NCBI GenBank assembly: GCA_007131295.1
Contig: SLQW01000036.1
Coordinates: forward strand, 16,766 to 80,765
Source: Pseudomonadales bacterium
GTDB taxonomy: Bacteria > Pseudomonadota > Gammaproteobacteria > Pseudomonadales > Azotimanducaceae
DNA: 64,000 nucleotides
Direction: 5' to 3'
Shown: positions 18,039 through 26,357 of the stretch, in pieces
Numbering within the stretch: position 1 is the stretch's first letter
How the letters are laid out: each line of letters starts with the position of its first letter
Program-made: the position numbers and the translations under genes
Notes under the pieces: model-generated
The model's database searches: none
What the model was told of the DNA's origin: nothing
What the model saw: only the letters and a program-made list of their open reading frames with translations

Positions 18039-19433
18039 TCACGGCTCGACGACATCGAGGAACTCGTCGAGCCGGGTGAACTTCACCCGCGGGCGCTCCG
18101 CCTCCCGTCCACGTCGGGTCTCTTCCGCATCGATCTTCGACCACTCGCCGTAACTGAACGCGCGCGGGCCTAGGGATGCCACGAAGGCCTCTGCGGCGGC
18201 GGCTGAAGGTCGTGATGGCTCGAGGTGGCGGTCGGCCGCGAGATCCTCGAGCATCGCCGTCACGGTTTCGCGGGCATCCACCTTGTTTGTGCCGATGACG
18301 CCGCGCGGGCCGCGCTTGATCCAGCCGCTCACGTACAGGCCCGACAGGTGCTGGCCCGCCGTGTCGACGATGCGGCCATGCTCGTTCGGGATCACGCCGG
18401 CGCGTTCATCGAAGGGCAGGTCGGGGAGGCCGAGGCCGCGATAGCCGACGGAGCGGAACACGAGCCCTACGGGGAGGGTCTCCTCGCCGCCGGAGGGGCG
18501 CGCCTGAACATGCCCGTCAGGGCCTAGGAACAGCGTGTTGCGCGCCAGGCGCAGTCCCGTGACGCGACCGGCAGCGTCACCGAGGATCGCCAACGGCGTC
18601 AGCAGGAAACGCAGCGCCAGTTGCCGACTCGCCCCGCGCGCAGGCCGGCGGGCGAAGGCTTCGATCCGCTCGACGATCTTCACGGCATCGCGGTCCGGGT
18701 GCACGGCGAGCGACTCTCGGCTCGCGGAATCCAGCAGCGCCTCCTCGGGGCGCACGACGATGTCCGTGTCCTCGAGCTCGCCGAGCTCATCGAGCTCCGG
18801 CGGCGTGAAGGCGGCCTGCGCTGGTCCCCGACGGCCCAGGACGGAAACCTGCCGGACCCTGCTCGCGCGGAGTGCCTCGAGGGCATGGTCCGCGATATCG
18901 GTCCGGCCGAGCGTGGCCAGATCCCGGCAGAGGATGCGGGCCACGTCCAGGGCCACGTTGCCGATGCCGATGACCGCCACGTGCGTGCAGGACAGATCGA
19001 AGGTCCGGTCGACGTAGTCCGGGTGGCCGTTGTACCAGGCGACGAAGTCCGTCGCGGCGTGACTGCCCTCGAGCTCCTCACCGGGAATGCCCAGCGGGCG
19101 GTCGCTCTGGGTGCCGGTGGCAAAGATGACCTGGTGGTAGAAGCGGCGCAGGTCGGACAGGCCCAAATCGGGCCCGTAAGCCACATTGCCACAGAAGCGG
19201 AACCGCGGGTGACGGGCGCTCCTGTCGTAGGCCCGGGTGACGCTCTTGTCCTTCTGATGATCCGGGGCGACGCCGGCCCGGACCAGCCCGAACGGCGTCG
19301 GCAGACGGTCGTACATGTCCACTTCGATCACGGGCTGCGCCTTGAGCAGGGCTGCGGCCGCGTAGAATCCCGCCGGGCCAGCACCGACGATGGCTACGCG
19401 CACAGGGTGCTGCTCGCTGCCCGGTCCGGTCAC
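18039..19433 (-). CDS. Ferredoxin--NADP+ reductase, adrenodoxin-reductase/FprA type
   Basis: FAD-binding VAIVGAGPAGFYAA, NADPH-binding VAVIGIGNVALDVARIL, and the C-terminal GWIKRGPRGVIGTNK. Confidence 0.85.
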   Translation of the reverse strand: MTGPGSEQHPVRVAIVGAGPAGFYAAAALLKAQPVIEVDMYDRLPTPFGLVRAGVAPDHQKDKSVTRAYDRSARHPRFRFCGNVAYGPDLGLSDLRRFYHQVIFATGTQSDRPLGIPGEELEGSHAATDFVAWYNGHPDYVDRTFDLSCTHVAVIGIGNVALDVARILCRDLATLGRTDIADHALEALRASRVRQVSVLGRRGPAQAAFTPPELDELGELEDTDIVVRPEEALLDSASRESLAVHPDRDAVKIVERIEAFARRPARGASRQLALRFLLTPLAILGDAAGRVTGLRLARNTLFLGPDGHVQARPSGGEETLPVGLVFRSVGYRGLGLPDLPFDERAGVIPNEHGRIVDTAGQHLSGLYVSGWIKRGPRGVIGTNKVDARETVTAMLEDLAADRHLEPSRPSAAAAEAFVASLGPRAFSYGEWSKIDAEETRRGREAERPRVKFTRLDEFLDVVEP

Positions 19434-19548
19434 GGTGGGCCTCCGCTGGAACGCTGCCTCGAGTCTGACCCATGGCGTACGCGCCTGTCATCGCCCGATC
19501 GCAGCTTGCGTGCCATGCTGTGACGCGGACGCGCCACCGGAGAGGCAG

Positions 19549-20418
19549 ATGCAGCGCAGCAGTGAAGAGGGAGGTCTGCAGACCGTGCGGGTCAGCTCCT
19601 GGAACGAACTGCAGGAGGAGCTGTTCGCAGATTCCTGGAACGCCAAGATCGGCCGCTTCCGGTCCCACCACGCGTTCCGCGGCCTGTCTGATGCGCGCTA
19701 TCCGCTGGCAACGACGTTGATGCGCCTTGGTGGCCACTTTGCGGAGCTCGAGCGGCACCTGGTGCGTAACTTCCGCAAGTACGCCCACGGCAGCGTGGTC
19801 GAGCAGGATCAGCTCTGGAACTGGGTCTCGGTGGCCCAGCACTACGGACTCCCGACCCGGCTGCTGGACTGGACCAATTCACCCTATGTGGCGCTCCACT
19901 TCGCGACGGCCAACGTCACCCGGTTCGATGTCGACGGCGTCGTCTGGGTGGTGGATTACACCGGCGTGCATCAGCAGCTGCCGCAGACGCTCGAGGCGGC
20001 CCTCGAGCGGGAAGGCGCGACGATCTTCACCGGGGAGATGCTGTCCAGGGAGATCGCGACGTTCGAGGAGATGACGGCCATCTCCGACGAACCCTTCGCA
20101 GTGTTCTTCGAGCCGCCTTCCATCGATCCGCGCATCTATCAGCAGTATGCGTTCTTCTCCGTCGTCTCCGACAACCGCATGGCCTTCGACGACTGGCTGC
20201 GTGCGCATCCGGAGTTCGGCCGCAAGATCGTGATTCCCGCCGAGCTCAAGTGGGAGGTTCGCGACAAGGTGGATCTCGCGAACATCAACGAACGTACCCT
20301 GTTCCCCGGACTCGAGGGCCTGTGCAGCTGGCTGCGCCGCTACTACAGCCCGAGTCCGACGCTGCTCGCATCCGATCCGAGCCTTTCCCCGCCGAACGAC
20401 TACGACCACGGAGCCTGA
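19549..20418 (+). CDS. FRG domain-containing protein (function unknown)
   Basis: From ORF 19390..20418, trimmed to the ATG at 19549 after GGAGAGG. It carries HAFRGLSDARYPLATTL ... WNWVSVAQHYGLPTRLLDWTNSPYVALHFA, the FRG motif followed by the QHYGLPTRLLDWT core of Pfam FRG. Confidence 0.75.
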   Translation: MQRSSEEGGLQTVRVSSWNELQEELFADSWNAKIGRFRSHHAFRGLSDARYPLATTLMRLGGHFAELERHLVRNFRKYAHGSVVEQDQLWNWVSVAQHYGLPTRLLDWTNSPYVALHFATANVTRFDVDGVVWVVDYTGVHQQLPQTLEAALEREGATIFTGEMLSREIATFEEMTAISDEPFAVFFEPPSIDPRIYQQYAFFSVVSDNRMAFDDWLRAHPEFGRKIVIPAELKWEVRDKVDLANINERTLFPGLEGLCSWLRRYYSPSPTLLASDPSLSPPNDYDHGA

Positions 20419-20420
20419 CC

Positions 20421-21254
20421 ATGCCAACGGAAGGCCTGCGCGTGGGATTGGTGCAGTTCACCGCGACCACCTCCATGGCGCGCAACATCGAGCTCACCAT
20501 GGTCGCGACCCGCGCTGCCGCAGCCCAGGGTGCGGAGCTCGTCTGCCTGCCGGAAGTCGCGAACCTGATGCAGCGGCAGCGGCGGGAAGCGGCTAAGGTC
20601 GTCTGTTTCGAGGCGTCCGATCCTGCCTTGGCAGCCTGGCGGGCGCTCGCAGGTGAGCTCGGGATCTGGCTCCACGCGGGATCGCTGGTGCTGCGCAGCG
20701 AGGAAGACGAGCGCTTCGTCAATCGTGGTCTGCTGATTGGCCCTGACGGTGGCATCAGGGCGCGTTACGACAAGATCCACATGTTCGATGTCGATCTCGA
20801 CGGCGGTGAAAGCTACCGGGAGAGCAGCGGTTTCCGGCCGGGGGAGCGGGCCGTGCTCGCACAAACGCCCTGGGGCGGCTATGGCCTGACGATCTGCTAC
20901 GACCTGCGCTTTCCCCATCTCTACCGGCTGCTGGCCCAGGCGGGAGCGCGCATCCTCGCGGTGCCTTCGGCGTTCACGCGGCAGACGGGTGCCGCCCACT
21001 GGCACACCCTGCTCCGTTCCCGGGCCATCGAGACGGGGTGCTTTGTGCTCGCTGCGGCCCAGTGCGGCGACCACGAGGATGGTCGCCAGACTTACGGCCA
21101 TGCCTTGGCAGTGTCGCCCTGGGGTGAAGTGCTCGCTGATGCGGGCGAAACGCCGGGCGTGGTCGTGGTCGACCTCGATCTCGCCGCGGTGGAAGCGGCG
21201 CGCGGCAAGGTGCCTTCCCTGTTCCACGACCGCACGATTGCGCCACCGGCTTGA
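20421..21254 (+). CDS. Carbon-nitrogen hydrolase (nitrilase superfamily, Nit/omega-amidase-like)
   Basis: From ORF 20250..21254, trimmed to the ATG at 20421, 2 nt after the FRG gene stop. The E-K-C triad contexts are LVCLPEVANL, YDKIHMFD and LTICYDLRFP. Confidence 0.85.
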   Translation: MPTEGLRVGLVQFTATTSMARNIELTMVATRAAAAQGAELVCLPEVANLMQRQRREAAKVVCFEASDPALAAWRALAGELGIWLHAGSLVLRSEEDERFVNRGLLIGPDGGIRARYDKIHMFDVDLDGGESYRESSGFRPGERAVLAQTPWGGYGLTICYDLRFPHLYRLLAQAGARILAVPSAFTRQTGAAHWHTLLRSRAIETGCFVLAAAQCGDHEDGRQTYGHALAVSPWGEVLADAGETPGVVVVDLDLAAVEAARGKVPSLFHDRTIAPPA

Positions 21255-21264
21255 GCCTTTCTGT

Positions 21265-22152
21265 TCAGCGCTCGGCGGCTGCGGCCTCGTTAGCGTAACC
21301 CCGCAGCAGCGCGTGCAGCGTTTCCGACGCAAGGCCGTGCAGAACGAGGCGGAAGCCGGCTCGCAGCGTGCTCAGAGGCACCAGCGGGTGGCGGTTGTTG
21401 ACCTGAGCCAGATACCGGTGCCCGTTCAGCAGATCGGCGCAGTAGCTGCCGATGGTCTCATCGAGCTGCAGCGAGTTGGTGGCGCGCCAGAAATCATCGT
21501 CGGAGAGGAAGATCTGGTAGACGGGCGTGAAGAGCTCGATTGCCGTTTGCAGATCCAGCACGTTGGTCCAGCGGTTCGGCATGTCCTCGAGGCGCACCGG
21601 CGGCTCTGACAGATCGCTGAAGTTGACCCGCTCTGGTGGCGTCAGCCGCAGATCGAGGTCCTTGAGCTGTCGGTTTAGCGCGATCACGAAGTTGAACAGG
21701 TTGAGATCGTGGCGCACGAACACATGGTCGCGCAGGTCGGCGATGGCCAACGGCCGCAGGGGATCCGTCGCCACCTCGACGCCCTGCGGCGCGTTGCGGG
21801 CGATGAAGGCCAGGATGTCGCTACCGATGTGAAAGTGGCGCAGGATCAGCCAGTTCGCTTCCGGTCGCACGAAGCGCGTCAGGCCCCAGACCAGCAGCGC
21901 GTGCAGTGCGCCGGAAGCGCGTGCGTTGCGGGGCATGACGATTTTCACGAGCTGGAACAGGATGATCAGCAGCCGCGCCAGCGGCCGAACCAGCGGCAGG
22001 AAGTACTGCCTGGATGCCGAACTCGAGTCCGCCAGCCATGCCTGTTTGACGTGATCCCCGAGCGGCGTGCTGCGATCCAGGTACAGCGCCAGCCAGGGGT
22101 TCGGATCCGACGTATCGTGGGCCAGGGTTTCAAAGTCGGGAGCATGCTTCAT
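21265..22152 (-). CDS. Hypothetical protein, no family recognised; translationally coupled to the KAS III-HDO fusion gene
   Basis: 295-aa ORF with strong third-position GC bias and a balanced amino-acid composition. It has one hydrophobic stretch, YFLPLVRPLARLLIILFQLVKIV. Its ATG overlaps the upstream gene's stop (ATGA at 22149-22152). Confidence 0.7.
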   Translation of the reverse strand: MKHAPDFETLAHDTSDPNPWLALYLDRSTPLGDHVKQAWLADSSSASRQYFLPLVRPLARLLIILFQLVKIVMPRNARASGALHALLVWGLTRFVRPEANWLILRHFHIGSDILAFIARNAPQGVEVATDPLRPLAIADLRDHVFVRHDLNLFNFVIALNRQLKDLDLRLTPPERVNFSDLSEPPVRLEDMPNRWTNVLDLQTAIELFTPVYQIFLSDDDFWRATNSLQLDETIGSYCADLLNGHRYLAQVNNRHPLVPLSTLRAGFRLVLHGLASETLHALLRGYANEAAAAER

Positions 22153-24098
22153 GCCGCATCCTCGAGCTGCATGAGGTAGAGCTCGGCCGTGCGACGCGCG
22201 GTGTCGACGATATCTGCCGTCACGACATTGCGGTCCGGGGCCCGATCGAGCACCAGCTCCACGGCGCGCAGCCAGCGCGCAAGGTGCGCCATGTCGTTCT
22301 CGCCGTGATAGTGCAAGAACCTGAACACCGGCCCCAGTTCCTTCAGCTGGCGCCGAATCAGCGGCAGCAGCGCCGGGATCAGGCGCTGGCCGGAACCCTC
22401 GATGATGTAGATCGCCCCGAGCAGCCCGACGGCATCAGCTTGCGCGGCACGGGCGTGCAGGTAGGCATTCAACGCCTCGCCCCCGGGGTTGCGGCGCAAG
22501 GCTTCCAGGTCGCTGATGGCGCCTCCGGCCCGGCGATAGTCCTCGAACAGGATCCGGAAGTCGTTCTGTTCCTCGGCTGCGTGGCCCTCGATCAGCGTGC
22601 GCAAGGCGTCGTATCGGTCGGAGAGATTCGCGACTGCCGTGCGCATCCAGCGCGTACCCTCGCGGACCTGAGGAATCCAGTCGCCCATCCACCTGAGGTA
22701 GTCCTCCCGGGTGAACGTATGGGTGACGATGCGGCGCACCGGGCCGCTGCGCCAGGCCCGAGAGCGGAAGTCGCTCCAGACCGCGGCGAGGTCGAGCAGA
22801 AGTTGCGCGAGCTCAGGTTGCCTGGCTGCATCGACGGCTCCTGGGTCGTGCGGCGGCGGTGCTGCCAGCTCAGGTTCCGGATCCAGGACGGATTCGCGAA
22901 TCCCCGGAGCAGTGCGCAGGGGCTTGCGCCCGCCGGCATCAGGGCCGACCACTTCGAGCATGGCAAAAGCGACGGTGAAGCGACCCGACTCGGGAACGAA
23001 CAGCAGGATGCGTTCACCGGGTGCTGGTGAACGCTCGCGCAGGAAGTCGTCGAGCATGACGAAGATCGAGGCCGCGCCCGTGTTACCGCGGGTGCTCAGA
23101 TTCGTATACCAGCGCTCCTCAGGAATCGCGAGTTCCGCTTTCTCCAGGCAATCCTTTACGACCTGACGGAAGCGTTCGGAAGAGTAGTGACAGAGAAAGT
23201 GGTCGATGCCTGCGGGATCTACCGCGTTGCCTCGCACCAGATCCGCATAGGCATGAATGCCGACGTCGAACAGGTGCGGCAGCAGGCGGATGTCCTGCCG
23301 CAGCAGCAGGGCGCCGGAGCGTTCCGCTGCCGCCGCGTTCGCATGATCCAGCCAGCCCATGGCACCTTGCCTGGGCAGCCCCATTTGCATGCACAGCGGG
23401 TAGTCACCGGCGTGGCTGACGCTGTGCACGAAGTGCAGCCGGAGGCTGTTTCGGCCAGGCGGCGGCGCGGCGCTCAGGCGCCAGGCGCCCGCGGCATCGG
23501 AAAGCATCCAGCGGAGAAAGTGGGCATCGAAATCGAGATCGTAGTCGTCCGGCGCGAACCGGCTGCACTTGAACAGGCGTGACGGCGCTTCGCTTGCAAC
23601 CACCATGGCGGAGTCGTGCTCGCCGCGATCCACCGCGCGGGCCGCATCCGCAAGTGCCTGCATGCCCGAGGCGCAGACGCCGTGATGACTCGTCGTAGCC
23701 AGCGGCGCCCAGCCGAGCTCCGCCTGTACCTGATTCGCCAATCCCGGTAACAGGAGATCGCCGCCGGAAGTCGCGCTGGCGAGCAGCCCCACCTGTTCGT
23801 CACTCGTTTCCGCCGCACAGGCTCGTACCGCCGCGGCAGCCATGGCGGTGACGCTGAAACGGGTGCTGCCCTGCTCATCGATCGCGTAGTGACGGGTCCG
23901 GATGCCGTTCTCCTTCAGGATGCGGCGCTTGATGCGGTCGGACATCCTGTTCACGGGTGCAACGAAGCGGTCGATAGCCGAGTTGTCGACGGCGGGTCCA
24001 GGCAGGAAGCTTCCTGTCCCGTCGATGTAGACGCTTGCGAAGGGCACCACGCGATCCATGACCTGTTGCTCGAAGAAACCACTCGTTAGGGTCAGCAT
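22149..24098 (-). CDS. Fusion protein: N-terminal 3-oxoacyl-ACP synthase III (FabH/KAS III)-like condensing enzyme plus C-terminal heme-oxygenase-like (iron-containing redox enzyme family) domain
   Basis: The N-terminal ~385 aa carry candidate triad residues Cys142 (HHGVCASGMQAL), His304 (IDHFLCHYSSERF) and Asn339 (TRGNTGAASIF). A Pro-rich linker reads PEPELAAPPPHDPG. The C-terminal ~220 aa are helical and contain IEGHAAEE, IIEGSG and FLHYHGENDMAH (H-x3-D-x2-H). Confidence 0.8.
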   Translation of the reverse strand: MLTLTSGFFEQQVMDRVVPFASVYIDGTGSFLPGPAVDNSAIDRFVAPVNRMSDRIKRRILKENGIRTRHYAIDEQGSTRFSVTAMAAAAVRACAAETSDEQVGLLASATSGGDLLLPGLANQVQAELGWAPLATTSHHGVCASGMQALADAARAVDRGEHDSAMVVASEAPSRLFKCSRFAPDDYDLDFDAHFLRWMLSDAAGAWRLSAAPPPGRNSLRLHFVHSVSHAGDYPLCMQMGLPRQGAMGWLDHANAAAAERSGALLLRQDIRLLPHLFDVGIHAYADLVRGNAVDPAGIDHFLCHYSSERFRQVVKDCLEKAELAIPEERWYTNLSTRGNTGAASIFVMLDDFLRERSPAPGERILLFVPESGRFTVAFAMLEVVGPDAGGRKPLRTAPGIRESVLDPEPELAAPPPHDPGAVDAARQPELAQLLLDLAAVWSDFRSRAWRSGPVRRIVTHTFTREDYLRWMGDWIPQVREGTRWMRTAVANLSDRYDALRTLIEGHAAEEQNDFRILFEDYRRAGGAISDLEALRRNPGGEALNAYLHARAAQADAVGLLGAIYIIEGSGQRLIPALLPLIRRQLKELGPVFRFLHYHGENDMAHLARWLRAVELVLDRAPDRNVVTADIVDTARRTAELYLMQLEDAA

Positions 24099-24134
24099 AG
24101 GTCATGGAGTGCCAGCCGGGGGATGTTCGGAATC

Positions 24135-25463
24135 TCAGTCGTCCCCGTACCAGTGCATGCCCGCGAAGCGCATGTGCACCCGGCGCCCATGCGGGCGGTA
24201 TTCGAAACGGAACCGGAACACATCCGGTTCCGTTTCGTCGACGAAAGTGCGCTCCCCCACGTGGCGCAGGCGCCCGCCCGGCAGGGGATCAGGCATGCGC
24301 ACATGGAGCGCGCCGTCCTCACGGACAAAGCTGGCGCTGAAGGCGCCGAAGTCGTAGTCGCCGGTCCAGGCATCGATATCGATGGCCGCGATGGGCAATT
24401 CCGTGTAGCTGGGCGGTGGCTTCAGAAAGATCCGCCGGGCCAGTTCCCGCTCCACTGCGTCCATCGCCACGTCGCCGAGGTTGCCGAGCACGACGATGAC
24501 GAGCTCGTCATACGGGTAGAGCGCTGCACTGGCGGAGAATCCACGGTTGCTGCCGAGATGGCCGAACTTGGCGCGTTCGCCGAACGGGATCAGGGAGAAG
24601 CCGTTGGCGTAGTCGAGGCGGGTGCCGTCGGCGAGCGTGCGCCGCTGCCAGAGCCGCTCCACAGCCCGCTCCGAGAGGACTTCGCCGTTGGCCAGAGCCC
24701 GGAGCCAGCGCGCCAAGTCGCGTGCGCTGCCGCAAAGTGCGCCCCCGCCGCGGAGCCAATCCATGTTCAGAAGCGGTGCCGGTTCGAGCCCGTCAGGTCC
24801 GATCTGGTAGCCGCGTGCCGTCTCCGGTAGGTCTGTCCGTGATGAGCAGTGATGGAGACTGGTCAAACCCAGCGGTTCGAAGAAACGTTCCTCCAGAGCT
24901 TGCTCGTAGGGCATGCCGGTCATCCATTCGACCAGCTGCGCCAGCAGCAGGTAGTTGGCGCTGCTGTACGACCAGTGTGTTCCGGGCGGAAAGTCGCTGG
25001 GCAACCGGCGCAGCAGGCCGAGCATCTCGGCGCTGCTGCGATCGGGATCCATGATTCCGGCGACGAACTCCGGCTCGAACAGCGGATCGCGGATGCCGCT
25101 CGTGTGATCGAGCAGATCGTGCAGCCGCAGCTCCGCCGGCAGGCGGTCGAAGTCGGGAAGATAGCGTCGCAGCGGCGCATCGAGCGACAGTCTGCCGGCA
25201 TCTGCAAGGTCTACCACGAGAGCGGCGAGGAATTGCTTGCCGATCGAGGCAAGCTGGAAGACGGTATCCGGCGTTATTGGCGTGCCCGACTCGAGGTCGG
25301 TGACCCCGAAACCCTCGGCGTACACGACACGGTCCCCATCCATGACCACCACGGCCATGCCCGGTAACTCGCGGTCGGCGGCAATGGCCTCGACGCGAGC
25401 GGCGAACGTCGAATCGACTGCTCCAGCCGTGGCGAACAGCAACCCGAGAGTCAGACCAAGCAT
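24135..25463 (-). CDS. Serine hydrolase, beta-lactamase/transpeptidase-like fold
   Basis: S-x-x-K motif (ASIGKQF) and Y-x-N motif (YSSANY). A hydrophobic N-terminus, MLGLTLGLLFATAGAV. GGAG lies upstream of the ATG. The stop is 36 bp upstream of the KAS III-HDO gene on the same strand. Confidence 0.85.
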   Translation of the reverse strand: MLGLTLGLLFATAGAVDSTFAARVEAIAADRELPGMAVVVMDGDRVVYAEGFGVTDLESGTPITPDTVFQLASIGKQFLAALVVDLADAGRLSLDAPLRRYLPDFDRLPAELRLHDLLDHTSGIRDPLFEPEFVAGIMDPDRSSAEMLGLLRRLPSDFPPGTHWSYSSANYLLLAQLVEWMTGMPYEQALEERFFEPLGLTSLHHCSSRTDLPETARGYQIGPDGLEPAPLLNMDWLRGGGALCGSARDLARWLRALANGEVLSERAVERLWQRRTLADGTRLDYANGFSLIPFGERAKFGHLGSNRGFSASAALYPYDELVIVVLGNLGDVAMDAVERELARRIFLKPPPSYTELPIAAIDIDAWTGDYDFGAFSASFVREDGALHVRMPDPLPGGRLRHVGERTFVDETEPDVFRFRFEYRPHGRRVHMRFAGMHWYGDD

Positions 25464-25607
25464 CGCTAGGCTCCTATGCTGTCAGGGCGGCGATGCTGCG
25501 CGGCGCGCGCCCGAACCGCAAGGACGGGCAGGCGAAGGCTTCCTGGCGGCTTGTTCTGCGGTCCCCGGTTGGTAATCTGGCGCGCCGATTCGAGGACGCC
25601 GGAGACG

Positions 25608-26219
25608 ATGGCACGCAGATCCTACCGCCGGGCCAACGGCCTGATGCTGCTCGAGGCGCGAGATCCGCGCATGCGCGCGCTGAAACGGTCCGGCCACGTG
25701 GCCGAGATCCATGGCGACCGGGTCTGGGACTCGAGCTTCCTGCTCATGCGGCAGCTGCAGCATGAGCCGCTCGAACGCCGGGCTCGGGTGCTCGAGATCG
25801 GCTGCGGCTGGGGCCTGCTCGGGCAGTTCTGCGCGAAGCGCTTCGGTGCCCGGGTCCACGGTATCGATGCCGACCCGAACGTCCTGCCCTATCTCGATCT
25901 GCATGCGGCGGTGAACGGGGTTCGCATGACCGCGGAGCGGCGCCGCTTCGAGCAGCTTACGACCGCTTTCCTAAGTGATTTCGACGTGGTGCTCGGGGCC
26001 GACATCTGCTTCTGGGATTCGCTGACCAGGCCGCTTTTCAATCTGATCCGACGCGCCCGCCGCGCCGGCGTCGGGCGCATCCTGATCGCCGATCCCGGAC
26101 GCGCGCCGTTTCAGGCTCTGGCTTCACGCTGCGAACGGCAGCTCGATGCGGTCTCGCGCGTCGCATTGGAAATCCGGCGGCCGGTGCATGCAGCGGGCGA
26201 CGTGCTCGCCATCGGCTGA
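25608..26219 (+). CDS. Class I SAM-dependent methyltransferase (lysine-methyltransferase-like, Methyltransf_16-type)
   Basis: From ORF 25476..26219, trimmed to the ATG at 25608 after GGAGA. VWDSSFLLMRQL...RVLEIGCGWGLLG is the motif I region, followed by VLGADICFW. Confidence 0.65.
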   Translation: MARRSYRRANGLMLLEARDPRMRALKRSGHVAEIHGDRVWDSSFLLMRQLQHEPLERRARVLEIGCGWGLLGQFCAKRFGARVHGIDADPNVLPYLDLHAAVNGVRMTAERRRFEQLTTAFLSDFDVVLGADICFWDSLTRPLFNLIRRARRAGVGRILIADPGRAPFQALASRCERQLDAVSRVALEIRRPVHAAGDVLAIG

Positions 26220-26357
26220 GATCCGGCAGCCAGCGGACCGGTCGGCTGGACGCCCACGTGTTGGGCATCGACCTCAGCCCGTGGCAGGGTAGCGTCGCCG
26301 CGAGGGACGGGGTTCCCTTTGCAGGCGGACGCTACTGCAATAACGGACGGATCGGTG

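Noticed and set aside
26289-26335. Nested inverted repeats (gtagcgtc/gacgctac enclosing aggga/tccct) in the BCCT transporter leader, considered as a possible structured 5' UTR.
   Set aside because: An 8-bp stem with a 31-nt loop is expected by chance many times in 64 kb of GC-rich DNA. It does not resemble a known regulatory RNA.
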